Source: Balanoglossus misakiensis (taxonomy: Eukaryota > Animalia > Hemichordata). Taken from it: a stretch of DNA of 64,000 nt. The translations under genes were made by a program, and so were the position numbers. Position 1 is the first letter of the stretch. Each line of letters opens with the position of its first letter. Below, piece after piece: positions 37,489-50,809 of this stretch. Under the pieces are notes generated by a model. That model had not been told where the DNA came from and ran no database searches. It saw only the letters and a program-made list of their open reading frames with translations. The stretch spans positions 7,980,317-8,044,316 of the forward strand of contig CM082595.2 of NCBI GenBank assembly GCA_040954595.2. Direction: 5' to 3'.

Positions 37489-38889
37489 ACATATATACCC
37501 CTATTCATCGGAGGCAAGTGTCTAGCATGCCATTTGGGGATGCAGCAATCATGGATCACCACAGGGTCCCACCCTGGAGGACAGTTCAACTTGGCATTCA
37601 GCTCACAAGGCAGAAATTATAGCAAATGGGTTTCCCATTGGCTGCCAATATGCCATGTCACTTTAATTTTTAGCAGTTGTCAGAATTCCTTCTTCCTTGC
37701 CGCCAATGGCATACTATTCTTTCCACATTACGAAACTATCATTTTATAGGTTAGCGGTATACATGTACATGTGCGTGTACATATGATATTATCGAGGTGC
37801 AGGCAGCACCTGTGGGGTATACGTCCACCTGTGATCACTAAGATACATCTTTCAGCTAGTATACAGTCTCTGATCATAGTGATCATCTTCCTTGTGTCTT
37901 TACTAATGAAACACACCATTTACCGGTGTTGTCATTGATATCTCTGATATTGTCAGATCTGTCAAGTTGTGGGCAGCTTCATCTTTCTGAGACCTCTGGT
38001 CATCTGAACTTGATGACAACTTTTTGACCTAAATCCGTAAGTTTTTAATGGGATCTTATGGATATTGCTCAGGCCAAATCACTCAAGTGTAAAACAATTT
38101 CCATCAAAGACGTTACACATTGGGGACATGCCTCAAAATACAGTGAAATGTATGGTGACAATCACCTGACAACCTTCGTGCTTCACTACAAGTCTTGATT
38201 TGCATCAGACCATTTTTTCTGCATGTCTGGCAGTCCAGTGTCGTGGGAATTAACCCCTGCACATAAAACTGAGCTTCATGCAGTTCTGTCTTTTACTATA
38301 TCACCAGAAAGCACATAGCCTTATCCATTCAAGTAGTGTTAGTAGACAAGAACAGCCAATACCACATCAACCGACCAGGCACGAGCTCTGTTTAATTATT
38401 CTCTCAAATCCTTTTATTACTCATGTACTCACTGGATCCTGTTCCCTCAGCCAATCCATTCGCAGTTTGCAATCTACATATGTATTAGTTTTCTTTTCTC
38501 TTTACTATTGTCTATGGTTCTTGGTCTGTGTTGAGATGGTTTTAACAGCTGTGACTTATCTCTATTGGTGGAGGCCCGTCTGGCTGATTGGCATTTTCAT
38601 GATACACACAATTTGAAATAATGTCAAGGGAGCCAAGAAAAATACTTTGCCAGGAGGATGGGTCAGGTCAGAACACTCTATTCCACAAAACTATTTGAGC
38701 TAGACCTTCAACTCATGTTTTCAACCCTATGCTCTCTTATACCAGGCTCCCAGATCCACTTGTTTCTCACCATGTGATGAATATTTGTCCAGCCATGAAT
38801 CATTGCTCCTCAGGAATTATGAATAGTCAGGCCATTGTAGCAAGAGTGCAGTGGAGAGTGCATTGTACTTCACCAAGGCATATACTGGA

Positions 38890-39730
38890 GATCATGCCAG
38901 CTGAGGTGGATGGTATATACCTCACCAGGAGACCAATTTACCTTATGCAGTTTGTTAGCTCAGATCTTTGTTCTTCTTAATCACAAAGCCCTCCTACTTT
39001 GGGACTACTGGACGCAGAGTATTACTAAGTATGACACTGATGTCCACATCTACATGCAGTGTTTGTGTGGTGAGTACCTTAATGTGTACAGTACATGTAC
39101 AGCAGTGGATCTTGGAGCACCTATGAGGAACATAAGCTCAATACCCTTTCACATGTTCTGCCTGTGACGTATCCTGGATGTGAAATATCAAGACAAAGTT
39201 ACTAACACCACTGTCCTGAAGAGAGTTGGAATTTCTAGCATGTACCTGGTACAGTCTGCTGAAGCAGAGACACAATACACTTGCTTGGCAATGTGCTCAT
39301 AGATGATGGGTGGATCCTAAAAGACCTCCTGTACGGCGCAAACTGACACTTAATGGCAAACAGACCTGACATTACACCACAGGGATGTTTGCAAAAGAGA
39401 CACGAAGTCCCTGGACATCAACACAAACTCTTGGGAGTCTAAAAATTAGCCTCAGACCGAATGACCTGAAGACAAGTCTTGAAGTGGTTGGCAACGGCTC
39501 TCCAACATTGAAGAGACACTCGCCCAAACGTGCGAAGTCAAGAGACAGAGAAGGAAGGCATCAAGCCAGGCAAACAGCTCCTCCTAAGCCTTCACCTGTT
39601 TAAAGTATCAGAGAGACAGTCATTCACACATTGGATTGACTAGTCACACCTGATGCTGTTCCAGATCTAGACCAGCATCCCAGCATGAAGATCCAATTGA
39701 TCTCTCAAGACTGAAGGATGCCAACTGAAC
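38890..39730 (+). mobile_element. Decayed RTE-clade LINE, 3' part
   Basis: Broken-frame remnants DGIYL.., FHMFCL*RILDVKYQDKVTNTTVLKRVGI.. and DDGWILKDLLYG, typical of RTE C-termini. Confidence 0.6.
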
Positions 39731-40085
39731 GCACCTCATCCGTACTGCCTCCACATTGTAGTACTGTTTCATCTAGTGGAACACACACTGAAGGGAATGT
39801 ATTGAGCACTTCACCAGCTATCCCATACATCTTCATTATGAAGATGATTTCTTTACTTCTGTCTCACTTTAGAGAGGGGAAATTTACACAAAGGCTATTA
39901 TTAGGGACAACTGCAGTATACTGTTTTTAGGATAAAACTCTTCCATGAATGTGAGTGATGGTTTTCAAAAGTCACACAACCTATGAATCAAGGCGTTATA
40001 ACCCACCTCATCTGACTTTGAAACAGACACAAAAGAAATGTTTACAACAACATCAAGAATAATATGTACAGACATGTACATGTAT

Positions 40086-41603
40086 CAGACCCACCAATAA
40101 GTATTTACGCACCCACGTTCTGCAGTGAAAACATTTCAGAAACATGAAATAACACACCTTGCAGACAGTTTTTAGCAAAAATTCAAATATTTTTCATAAA
40201 TTCACGAGAAATAACAGTCATACAACAAAAATCTTTCATCTGCGATTAAATTTGAGCGAGAAATATCGACGTAAAAGTAGATGTGCGACGGAGTCAGCGA
40301 AACATTCCATTCTCTATGGGAACAACAATGCAAAGAACGTCATGAATATTCATGAGGTGAAATCGAACGAACCAAATGTCAATACTGGATATGTCCACCC
40401 CTTCGCCTAATGACCTCTCGCTGGTGCTTCGGCATAGTATCGACGAGTTTCCGACACATATTTTGCAGGAATTGTTCCCAAGATGTTACTATGCGATTAA
40501 ATAGGTCGTTGATGCTGTGTATTGGACGGGAATGAACGTCCAAGTCGATTAACTCCCACAGGTTCGCGATGGGGCTCAAATCAGGAGACTAGGCTGGTCA
40601 CTCCAACGATGTAAAATTGTCGAACGGATAGCCGTAATCCTGGGGATTTTGCAGAAATGATTTCACATCCAAGGCAGTATGTTCGGGGGCATTATCCTGT
40701 TGGAACACAAAATCACAAACAACCTGGGACCACTGAACAGGTGTCCAGTTGACGTAACGCGGGGCAAAACGTAGTCACGCTGAATTGTGCCGGGGTTGTA
40801 ATTTCGGCTTTTTCTTGGCCACACATCCACGGAGTCTGGCTCCTCTGTACAATTGAGATTTGATTGTGCTCATACTCAAAAGTTTCCCGGTGTCCTCATG
40901 AAATTTAGCGCGGAGGTCACGGGCCGTCTTGAATCTGTCCGTCAGACTTGATCTAATCAACATTCAGTCTTCACATTCAGTTGTTCGCCTTTGCCGTCCA
41001 GATCGATGTAAATTGTCCGTGCTACCATTTCGAACAAGTTTCCGAATGTTGTACCTGACGCTGCCTTCGGTGATTCCATGCTGCCTTGCAATTTCTCGGT
41101 TTCTCAAACCTTGCCTATGCAGTGACTCAATTTGACCTTTCACAAATTCAGGAAGTTCGCAAACTTTAAGCATGATTTCACTTATTCAATGTTTACAAAC
41201 AAAAATTAAGCAACAACCTCCGACGACCTCGATCAGAATATTCATAAGCAAATCTGGCAGATTTTCCCGCTCCAAAATTTAATCAGAATTATATTTAAAA
41301 GGTCTGATTGGTGGAGATTAAAATATGAATAGAGGGAAATTAGCCACGGACACAATGGCTCGAAAAGTTAATGAAAATGAGTATACCGCCATTGCAATAA
41401 TCATAGGAAATTTCACTGGCCGGAAAACACGCCGCGTATGCAGTCATATTCGGCGCGGCAACACATCTGTGTTGACTAAAATGGGTTAAACCTTCCGTAG
41501 GTTATTTATTTTCGGAAATAAGTTACAGTCGATCGATTTTGTGAATAATTTTTTATAGCAAACGTTCATGGTCAAGGTGCGTAAATACTTATTGGCGGGT
41601 CTG
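40086..41603 (-). mobile_element. Defective Tc1-like DNA transposon
   Basis: 28-bp TIRs cagaccc(a/g)ccaataagtatttacgcacc (27/28 match); TA on the right side, left flank reads TAT. Confidence 0.92.
40379..41173 (-). pseudogene. Tc1-like transposase pseudogene
   Basis: HTH region (IARQHGI..RSGRQRRTT), AKKKP, FQQDNAP..SPDLSPIANLW..GGHIQY; four in-frame stops; the segment carrying the first catalytic D is deleted. Confidence 0.9.
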
Positions 41604-42478
41604 TATATATAAAGCCTCTCTAAAGCCAGTGAATGAGACCTGGTATACTTGACAAATGAAAAATAACAGCATCTGGCAGTCATGCACACATGTTCACTTT
41701 TGTCATATAATGTAAAGCCAAACATAATTTCGCAAACAAATTTGCACTAGAGATTGTAGCATCCTGCAATGTGTTGCAAGTAAATTCGCTGAAAATATAA
41801 TGTAATAGCTAGACACTCATAAAATGAAATCATACGCTTTGTATGGAATGTTACGTTTGTCACAGACTACATGCATCGTCTTGGTGACTGAAATTCAACA
41901 GCACATGCATCCATTTTCGCTGTTTATTAAAAAAATTGTGCATTTATCAGAGGTTGTGTTTACGCAAAAATTATGTATTTTTGACGCCAAAATAGTCATT
42001 TGACGTGAAAATCTTAATAAGTGCATCAATATTGACACATTGGAATGGCCTCTCTATTTGCACAATGGTCAACGTAATCCATACGCATACCGCTCACTAC
42101 CCCTGGGATCAAAATAATCACTTGCGTGCCCGACCTTTTGTACTCAAAATGTAGCTAATTTTGTTTGATGAATTTTGAATTAGACATGTGTACGACGCAG
42201 GCTAAGTAAAAGGAGTTTGACACATTTTTTTATGAATGCATCAAAAATACACACTCAAAAAAAATGTTATCGCGACCTCTGTTTATTATCAAATACATTC
42301 AAATCTACATATTAGTGGTGTTACATATCTTCAATATCGATTAAAAATATTTGTAAAAGTACAAAGGCAAATATGGAGCATAATGATAATCACCAAAATT
42401 CAGCTAGACAGATAAAAATACAAATTGTTATTTCATCAGGTAAAATTCCTCAAATTTACAAGCAAATTGGTATATTAT

Positions 42479-45006
42479 CAGTGTTTCAGCCAGCTTTTGA
42501 AAGCACACAGTACTAGAAATATCTCATGATTCATTCTGATTTGTACCAACAGATAATCCTCAGTCAAACAAGGCATAGTTCACATGTGAACAGATAATTG
42601 TAGATCACTAATACCAAGTTCGAGATCGTACTTTTAAGGCAAATCTTACTGTGAATAACCATTTCAAATTATTTTTAAAATTATGCATTATTGAGAGAGG
42701 AGATACTAATTTTATAAAATAATCAAGCAATTGCATAGCCAGCTATACAAAGAAGTTTGAAGTAAAACAGGGACACTTGAAATACCCGTTTAATCAAAAA
42801 AAAATTATTTTTCTATCGCCAGAACAAAGGAAATTTACATGTTAACTTTCAACATAGACTGGCCACCTCAGTTAGTCATTGCTTGTTTCCCCTAAAGTGT
42901 GACATTTGCAGTACATGAATATCTAGATTCCTATGGCTTCTAATTTTGATTTTGAAATTTTCACTCTAATTGCTTAACATACTTTTCCTAGATAAAAATA
43001 AATATATTTCTATGTACTTCATATCATTGTTAGCATGTAAAAAAGAAAAAGTTATTAAATGGGCAACGTTCAATGATACAAATCATGGAGAATTGTGGGT
43101 AAAATATTGTACTGTGAAGCATGGGAACATTGTGACCCGCAGCAGGTTAGAAAGGGGGACAAATCATATTTTCAGGGGATAATATATCAGGACAGGATTC
43201 TCCCTGGGAATAATCATAGATTCAGGGCTAATTTCCATAAAATTTACATAATCATAGCTTCTTTTGGACATCACTAAGGCCCCTCAACATCGATATAAAA
43301 TATTTAATATTATAGCTTTATCAAGTGAATTTTGTGACGTCATAGCTGTAAATTATTACAGATAATGTATCATGTTATGACGTGGACGCGCGACACACTC
43401 AAGAACCAGCCAGACGTGGACAATTTCTGACTGAATAACGGAGCTTTCAAACAATGCGAACATATTAAGGGCTAAAAAAGAAATGCAAACATACACAGAA
43501 TAAATACAATGTACTGCGATATTTATTAATTTTAAATCTGACCTTGAGTAGCGATTTGTTTATTTTTTTCTTCCTAATGCGGCACTACATGTCATCTGCT
43601 CTTGAATCACGCGCAGTTTTCAACATGGCTCGGTCCCACACGTAAAGCAAACCTCTCGATGATACTGGAATTGACATTCGTTCACCATACATACCGTGTA
43701 CCATGTACCAAGCAGTCATGTCAACAAAGTTATACGTAAAAAGTGATGCCGCAATTGTCACTGTTATGTTGTCTACACGGTATGGAGGGTCGATCGAGGG
43801 CGAGATTGTTTATGTAATGCAACCTTTCGAGCGCTCATATACGTGAACTTTCCTGGGAACGCCAATGAATGCAAATATTGCCTGAGTCCTCACCAAGATT
43901 TCACAAAAATCAAATATTTTTCAAATATATTTCAGCAGAACCCTTAAATGAATTTTTGCATGCGTTAATAAACCTTCATTATTTATTTCCTGATGTTTGA
44001 ATTTGATACTAGACATGTACAGTACATGGATTGACTGCAATCAGCTGATCTTATGTTTACGCCATTCCTCTGTTTTCGATATCTGTGACCGAGTCTGAGT
44101 TTTTCTGTGATTTTTTTTTTTTTTTTTTGGGGGGGGGGAAAGATCAACATTCAGGATTAGATTAAAGGTACATGAGCTGCAACTGGATAAAAATTTTAAG
44201 TTTTAAATAATCCCATATATCCTTTGAATTATGTGTATTAAATGATATTTCATAATAGTATATATCAAGATCACTTATTTTGAACAAAATGGCCAAAAAT
44301 TAAAGAAAATCGAAAATTCCTGCAATATTGCGATCAAAAATGAAAATGTAATGTCCCAGCGGAGTACATTTACTTCCACAGTTGTAGTGGATGAGATCAT
44401 GCTTCGTTTATTAAATTTTATAGTGGGAAATGCAACGTTTTCCTTGTTTCTAGCATTTTTTCACGGTGGTGACCATGTTCATTTGCAGTTTACTGAGTTT
44501 ACTGGCCCTGGGCTGCTGTTAATTTTATAAGCCTGTGCAGACGCGCAGACACATGGCATGACCTCCAACAAAAGTTGCTTCATCTTTTGTCATGTTTAGC
44601 TGATTTGTTAACAATGCGTGCACGCGCTCAGTGCGTTGCTTGTGTTACTAGGCTATTGATGCTATTTACAGGACGCCTGTCTAAAGATAACTTGTGCACT
44701 GAATGAAATGGCAGCACACTGCTCTTGACAGCGTGCAGAGCTGCGTTGCTTCTTGGGTGATTCAAGCCGTTGAAGGTGTGAAATCACTCAGTTGTGTTCA
44801 CTAATTGTCAAGAATTGAAAGGAAGTAGCAAGTTACAGTGAAAGCAAAGGTGGATGCACAGCAAAAGTATGGGAGGTGACAATCTGTCATATTGTTGTTC
44901 ACTCAGTAAGAATGTGTCACAGTGACCCATGAAGATTTATTTTGTTGTGACAATCCAATATTTATTGCATCAAATGTCGCAAGGCCGCACGCAAGCTGAA
45001 ACACTG
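42479..45006 (+). mobile_element. hAT-type non-autonomous element, copy A, with nested insertions
   Basis: TIRs cagtgtttcagc...gctgaaacactg; 8-bp TSD tatattat / tatattgt. Confidence 0.8.
42506..43116. mobile_element. CACAGT-ended MITE with 5-bp TSD (Transib/RAG-like)
   Basis: AAGCA|cacagtac...gtactgtg|AAGCA. The empty site is visible in copy B (ttttgaaagcatggga on the minus strand, ~47195-47210). Confidence 0.8.
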
Positions 45007-45349
45007 TATATTGTTTTATTTCTATCATTTGTGATTTTATCATTATCATTTAGTGTTTTAAACACAGAGAGAGCACCTATTTAGGATTCTTAGCCATAAA
45101 TTTGTTTTTCCAACTGATTATCTGAAATTTTACAAAGCAAAGCGGATAGTTCTGATAGACAGACAAAAGCTACTTGTATGATAAAATTATACTGTTACCA
45201 AGTGAAGGAATGTCTTGCTTGTGTCTAGAAATCACAAATTATCACAGTCTACTGGTTAGGACCTTGCAGGCCTTCAGATATTCGGATGACTGCTTTCAGG
45301 ACAGTTACACTTGAACATTGCAGCCTTCTATTGCAATTGCACCTTAATC

Positions 45350-45414
45350 TTTAACCCCAATCTAACCTCTAACATTAACCTCTAACCTCTAACCACTAAC
45401 CTTAATAGCAGGCA
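45350..45414. repeat. (TAACCT)n-like tract
   Basis: taaccccaatctaacctctaacattaacctctaacctctaaccactaacct. Confidence 0.7.
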
Positions 45415-45540
45415 GGAATGTCCACGTTTTCTGTCCTTGAAGTTGATACCCTCTGAATATTTGGCAAAAGTCAGATTGTCTTTACACTTAAACAAAAGTG
45501 CCAATGTTGTATGACTGCCTACCAAATATGCTCTCTCTTT

Positions 45541-47218
45541 CAGTGTTTCAGCTAGCGTGTGCGGCCTTGCGACATTTGACGCAATAAATGTTGGATTATC
45601 GCAACGGAATAATCTTCATGGGTCACTGTGATGCATTCTTCCTGAGTGAGCAATAATGTGACTGATTGTCACCCCTATACTTTTGCTTTGCGTCCACCTT
45701 TGCTTTCACTGGAACTTACTACTCCCTTTCAATTTTTGATAATTTAGTGAACACAATTGAGTGATTTCACACCTTCCACGGCTTGAATCACCCAAGAAGC
45801 AACGCAGCTCTGCACGCTGTCAAGAGCAGTGCGCTGCCATTTCATTCTGTGCACAAGTTATCTTTAGACAGGCGTCCTATAAATCGCATCAACAGCCTAG
45901 TAACACAAGCAACGCACTGAGCGCGTGCGCGCATTGTAACAAATCAGCTAAACATGACAAATGATGAAGCAACTTTTGTTGGAGGTCATGCCAAGTGTCT
46001 GCGCGTCTGCACATGATTATAAAATTAACAGCAGCCGAGGGCCGGTAATAATTGCGAAGGGCAGGTAAATTTCATTGCCGCCTGCCCTGCTTCATGCCTA
46101 CTTGATAAGGTAAACTTTGCATTACTTTGCACTATTTGATTTTGTTTAGAATAGGGTGATAGGGTGGGGTATGATTGCAAAAAAAAATATTATCAAAGTA
46201 ATTAATCTGATCCTGAATGTTGATCTTCCCCCCCCCCCCCAAAAAAAAAAAAAAAAAAAAAAAAAACACAAAACAATGCACAATAACACTTCTTCACCAA
46301 TGGCAGTAAATCATAATTAACACAAAATCTGAGATGTCTTGTCGTAGGATATGTCCAATTTCTAAAAAAAACAGATACATGTAGTAGGATGTAAAAGACA
46401 ACCGGCACTGAAATCTTGTGAACTTGGCATGGGCAGGCAGTGTTTCATCCAGGACACAGGTGAATTAGGCGTTCTGTTCGTGGAAACAAACAAACAAACA
46501 AACAAAATAGAAACAGCAACCACCATCATGATAAACAATGCAGTGTCTTGAATTAAGCCAACCGCTCGTGCGATCAAGCAGCTGACACAAGAAGTGGCTT
46601 GTTTCAAAGGTCCCGTCCGTATGCTAGTAAATTGGCATATAGCAGGAAGCTGTCTAACTCCCACTTGAAAACTGCTCGACACTGTTGAATATTTGCCATT
46701 TTTAGCCTCTAAATGTCTGACATCTATAAAATTTCTACCCCATTTTAAAACATCAATAAACAGGCTGTCATATCAGCATCGATTTATCAGTCTCTCTTAC
46801 TACTGGTTGTTGCTAGCGCGTAAAAAATATGACAACATCACAGTTTTTGAGGCGCATAGCAAGTCGTGGGAACGTCAGGGTGTTTTATTGGAGCGCACTT
46901 CGTAACCCGAGGTCAATTTCAAATACTTCCACTAGTAATAGTATTTCACTAGGCCTACTTTACACTGGATATAAAAAAGACAATATTCTTTCTTAGTAAG
47001 TACGATGTGCCAATGTCAGCATACTTGATAAGTAACGGCCGTGGTAAAATTTGTCCAAAAGAAGCTATGATTATGTAAATTGTATGGGAATTAGCCCTGA
47101 CTCTATGATTTTTCCAAGGGAGAACACTGTCCTGATATATTGTCCCCCGAAAATGTGATCTGTCCCCCTTTTAACCTGCTGCGGGTCACAATCGTCCCAT
47201 GCTTTCAAAAGCTGGCTG
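45541..47218 (-). mobile_element. hAT-type non-autonomous element, copy B (inverted relative to A)
   Basis: Begins cagtgtttcagc. 45541-46047 is the reverse complement of ~44500-45006, 46201-46270 of ~44100-44166, and 47050-47205 of ~43117-43270. The far TIR is eroded. Confidence 0.8.
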
Positions 47219-48721
47219 GACTTTGATGTGGCAAATTTAATTCAACAAAAGGGAACATGTAGCCAGGCCAAAGACAGCACATATTTTGTAAGAACTGTAG
47301 TATAGTTTTTATCAAAAATTTAATGCATTTCTGTTTCAAGGCTGAAATAGTGCGGATTAATCCTTGTTCATAGGTTGTCACACTCTTTAAGTACCACTAT
47401 TTTCATATCCATAGAAAAAAATTCATAAAATGTATGATCTCCAACGATGCATCGCAGGGAATTTTTTACGACTTTTCTGCTAGTTTATGTTATCAGACCA
47501 TTAAAAGGCTTCCTGTCATTATAGGGACTACACTCATTTGCATGTTGCATATTTGCTGCATTTTTATCACCAAGCTTTTCAAATTCTTCTACGGATGCAT
47601 TGATATCAGGGGACAACAGTGTTATTGTTGCAAATCCCATGGTTTAGACCCCCAAGGCACCGGCTATTCTTTGTTTTTGAATGAAGCTGGTTTTCCCTCT
47701 GGGCCCTCTAAGTCAGTTATGCATGTGCAATTCATTGTTAATAACATTGCCTCTGCTGGATTGACAGTTGCAGGGGTTAATCATAATACCTTACAAATGA
47801 CCCACAAGACTGACAAATTGGTTGAAGACCTGGAGAAATTCACGCAAAGTGAATACTGCTGGGAGCTACATTGAAACACACTGTAGACAGACACATTTCA
47901 CAATACCATCCAATATGCTATGGTATCAACATTCAATCAGTCACTGTTAAACATTCAGTCTGCATGACTTGTGTACTTTCCATCTTGTTGTAAGAGTTGC
48001 TTGATTTGCTTGACATCTCTTGCTTTGGCTGTATTTGCCTGAATGGCACATCTGCAAATTGTTTGAAATCTTTTATTTTATCTTTGATTGTAATCATTTA
48101 TCTTGTTTGAATACTTTTTTTAGTTTTGATGCAATTTTTCTGACCTTTACTTAGTGTTTGTAGTTGTTTATTCCACAACATTGTTTTTGTTTAAAACCCA
48201 AGTTGTGAGTTTTCTCAAGAAGATACGAGTGACAGTTTGAAAAGCGAAAAAATAAAAGAAAAAAAAAAGAGAAAAAAAAAAAAACTGACTAGAATACTGG
48301 CGTAGCTTGTTCACTCGATTGCTGCAATACAATATATAAATCGGAAATCAAGCAAGTTTTTCATGTAACTTTTGTTTCATAACCAAAAAAAACAACTACA
48401 TTTTGTCTTTCAAGTGCAACCTCCAATGAAAAGTTACAATGAATCAGTAGCAGATCATGCAAATGCCTGTTGATCTCCGACCTATTTGAAACTCAAGTAA
48501 AATGTGTGGACACAAGATTTTTAAGTCCCTGATAAGAAATTTTTACCCACTTATGATAATAAAAAAGGAGCGCCATAACCATGGCACATGAGAACACGTC
48601 TTAAAATTTTTCTCGGGGTGCCTCAAGTAAATTAGATTTTGAAATGTCCTCTGAAATGCCCCAACCAGTCTTGGCCCAAACTGCCCCCCCCCCCTCCTCA
48701 GTAATACCCATTTTGATACAC

Positions 48722-48722
48722 C

Positions 48723-48818
<96 letters not shown>

Positions 48819-48928
48819 CGTCCGTCCGTCCGTCCGTCCGTCCGTCCGTCCGTCCGTCCGTCCGTCCGTCTGTCCGTCCGTCCGTCCGTCCGTCCGTCTG
48901 TCTGTCTAAGTGAGTGAGTGAGTGAGTG
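48722..48928. repeat. (CTGT)n(CCGT)n(GAGT)n microsatellite
   Basis: Direct reading. Confidence 0.95.
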
Positions 48929-49771
48929 TACACATGTATTTGTCCAAACTTTTGAATAGTTTAGATAGTTAGTTAGTTAGTATATAGTTAGTTAGTTAGT
49001 AAGTAAATTAGTTAGTTAGTTAGTTAGTTGGTATAAGTTTAGTATTTAGTTAATTAGGTTTATTGGTTTAGGTAGCATAGGTTTAGTTAGGATACATTTA
49101 TTTACTTAGTTTATTTACTCAGTGTATATATTTATTTATTTTATTTATTTAGTTCAATGCAGATGTGTACACTTATTATTAAAAAAAATGAAAAATAATA
49201 TATTTTTTAAATGTGTGGTCTTATATCTGCACTGACTGGAGGGGTAATATGAATTCTGGCTGCCTTAAATAGGATTTCACTTTGTGCTAGGGGGGTCAAA
49301 TCACATTGCATTCTGGTCGAAAAGTGGACAACCCACTGTAGTAAGAGATAGAAGAAATGATATGTTTACTGTATTTCATGACTTCCTTGGGTCAAACATG
49401 TCCGTTTTGTAGTTAGCAACTCATTTTAACTTTTTTCACATTTTGTTATTTTTTATGTTAAAAAGTTTCAGAATGACCCATCATCACTTGGGCTCATGAA
49501 CTCCCATTTTTTAAACATGGCAAAAATTGGCCATCTTGAAATTGTGTTGACCATATGAGATTTTCATCACTCACTTAGGTAGCTTAAAACCTATTTAAGG
49601 TTGGGAAGATTGGTTGCTGTAACCGTGGAGGTACTAGAGAGTACCTCCATGCTGTAACAAACAAAGCTTTGATTTATTCTGAGGGGCGGAGGCACGAGAA
49701 ACTGGGGTCAATCAGTCGTGTTAAATGCAGATCTCTCCCAGCAGCAGAAAATTTAATAAGTGTTACCCTCC

Positions 49772-49955
49772 CTCTATATTAGTCCAAATTTGTATAATGA
49801 CGTAACCCTCGCATAAAGGGTATGTTAAATTTAGATGCAAGTATGACACCTCAGCTTGGTCATCTCTATATTAGTCCAAATTTGTATAATGACGTAACCC
49901 TCGCATAAAGGGTATGTTAAATTTAGATGCAAGTATGACACCTCAGCTTGGTCAT
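49772..49955. repeat. Two-copy ~92-bp tandem duplication
   Basis: ctctatattagtccaaatttg...cagcttggtcat twice, identical. Confidence 0.9.
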
Positions 49956-50809
49956 ATCAAACTGTACCCACATTGCTTCAATGTGACCCTCTCTCTAGTC
50001 CTCATTTGTATGATGCAAGTCTACCAGAAAGGACTATGTTAAGTGTCCACCTTCTTGGTCCCATAAAATCTATCCAAATAAACAAGGTTGTTTATGGTTT
50101 TTACCAACATCAAGAATCAGGCATACAGAGGTAATTGACCAAACGATACAATTCGGACTTAAATCATAATTGTATAATTATAAAATTCTGAGTTCTCACT
50201 AAGCAGGCGCCGGGCCATCAAGACATCTGGTCAGCTACTTTGCAGAACAGGTCACCTATTCTTTCTCTATCAACAGTACCAGAGAATAGCACCATGGCAT
50301 TCTATGTCTAAGTTTGTCAATCAACCAACCAAGTGAAAAACAAGATCCTAATTCAACCGTTGCCATTACAAATAAACTTCAACATTTGAAATCAATGTCA
50401 GAGCAATTAATGTTGTAAAGTTAAAGGTCTGATGAACCATTATTGCCTTTGAACATCACCACATTATGACTCTGTGAGATGATCAATGAAGGACTGTGGC
50501 GGCTGGCAACTTAGTATAGGTTGCAAGATCAAAAATGTTTAGTTCTACTTTTTCTAGTGTTTGTTAAATATACCATAATTTTCAGTGATACCCTTGAAAA
50601 AATAAGTTCAATGTCTCTTCTTTACATCTACATGATTTGATGAGAATTGACTAATGTTTACAACAAAAACAACTGTTGTATTGTATTGTACTAAAAAGAA
50701 TAATCTTATTATGGCTCAATAGTAAATTTTAAAAATAACAGTGTAAAACCAGGCAGAAACACAACAAAATCATGTCACCACAAAAAGGACAAAAACATTA
50801 TACATATCA

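Noticed and set aside
32400-38890. Copia inserted into the 5' part of the RTE LINE
   Set aside because: The flanks look like decayed coding sequence, but no endonuclease motifs could be read with confidence.
45350-45414. Interstitial telomere
   Set aside because: Short and degenerate, mostly TAACCT rather than TAACCC; more likely a TE-internal microsatellite.
47434-47874. 146-aa ORF
   Set aside because: No recognisable motif and no supporting exon chain.
48601-48933. TDGR/TDRQ repeat protein, or a Helentron/DINE element
   Set aside because: The ORFs are microsatellite translations, and no subterminal inverted repeats or stem-loop could be delimited.
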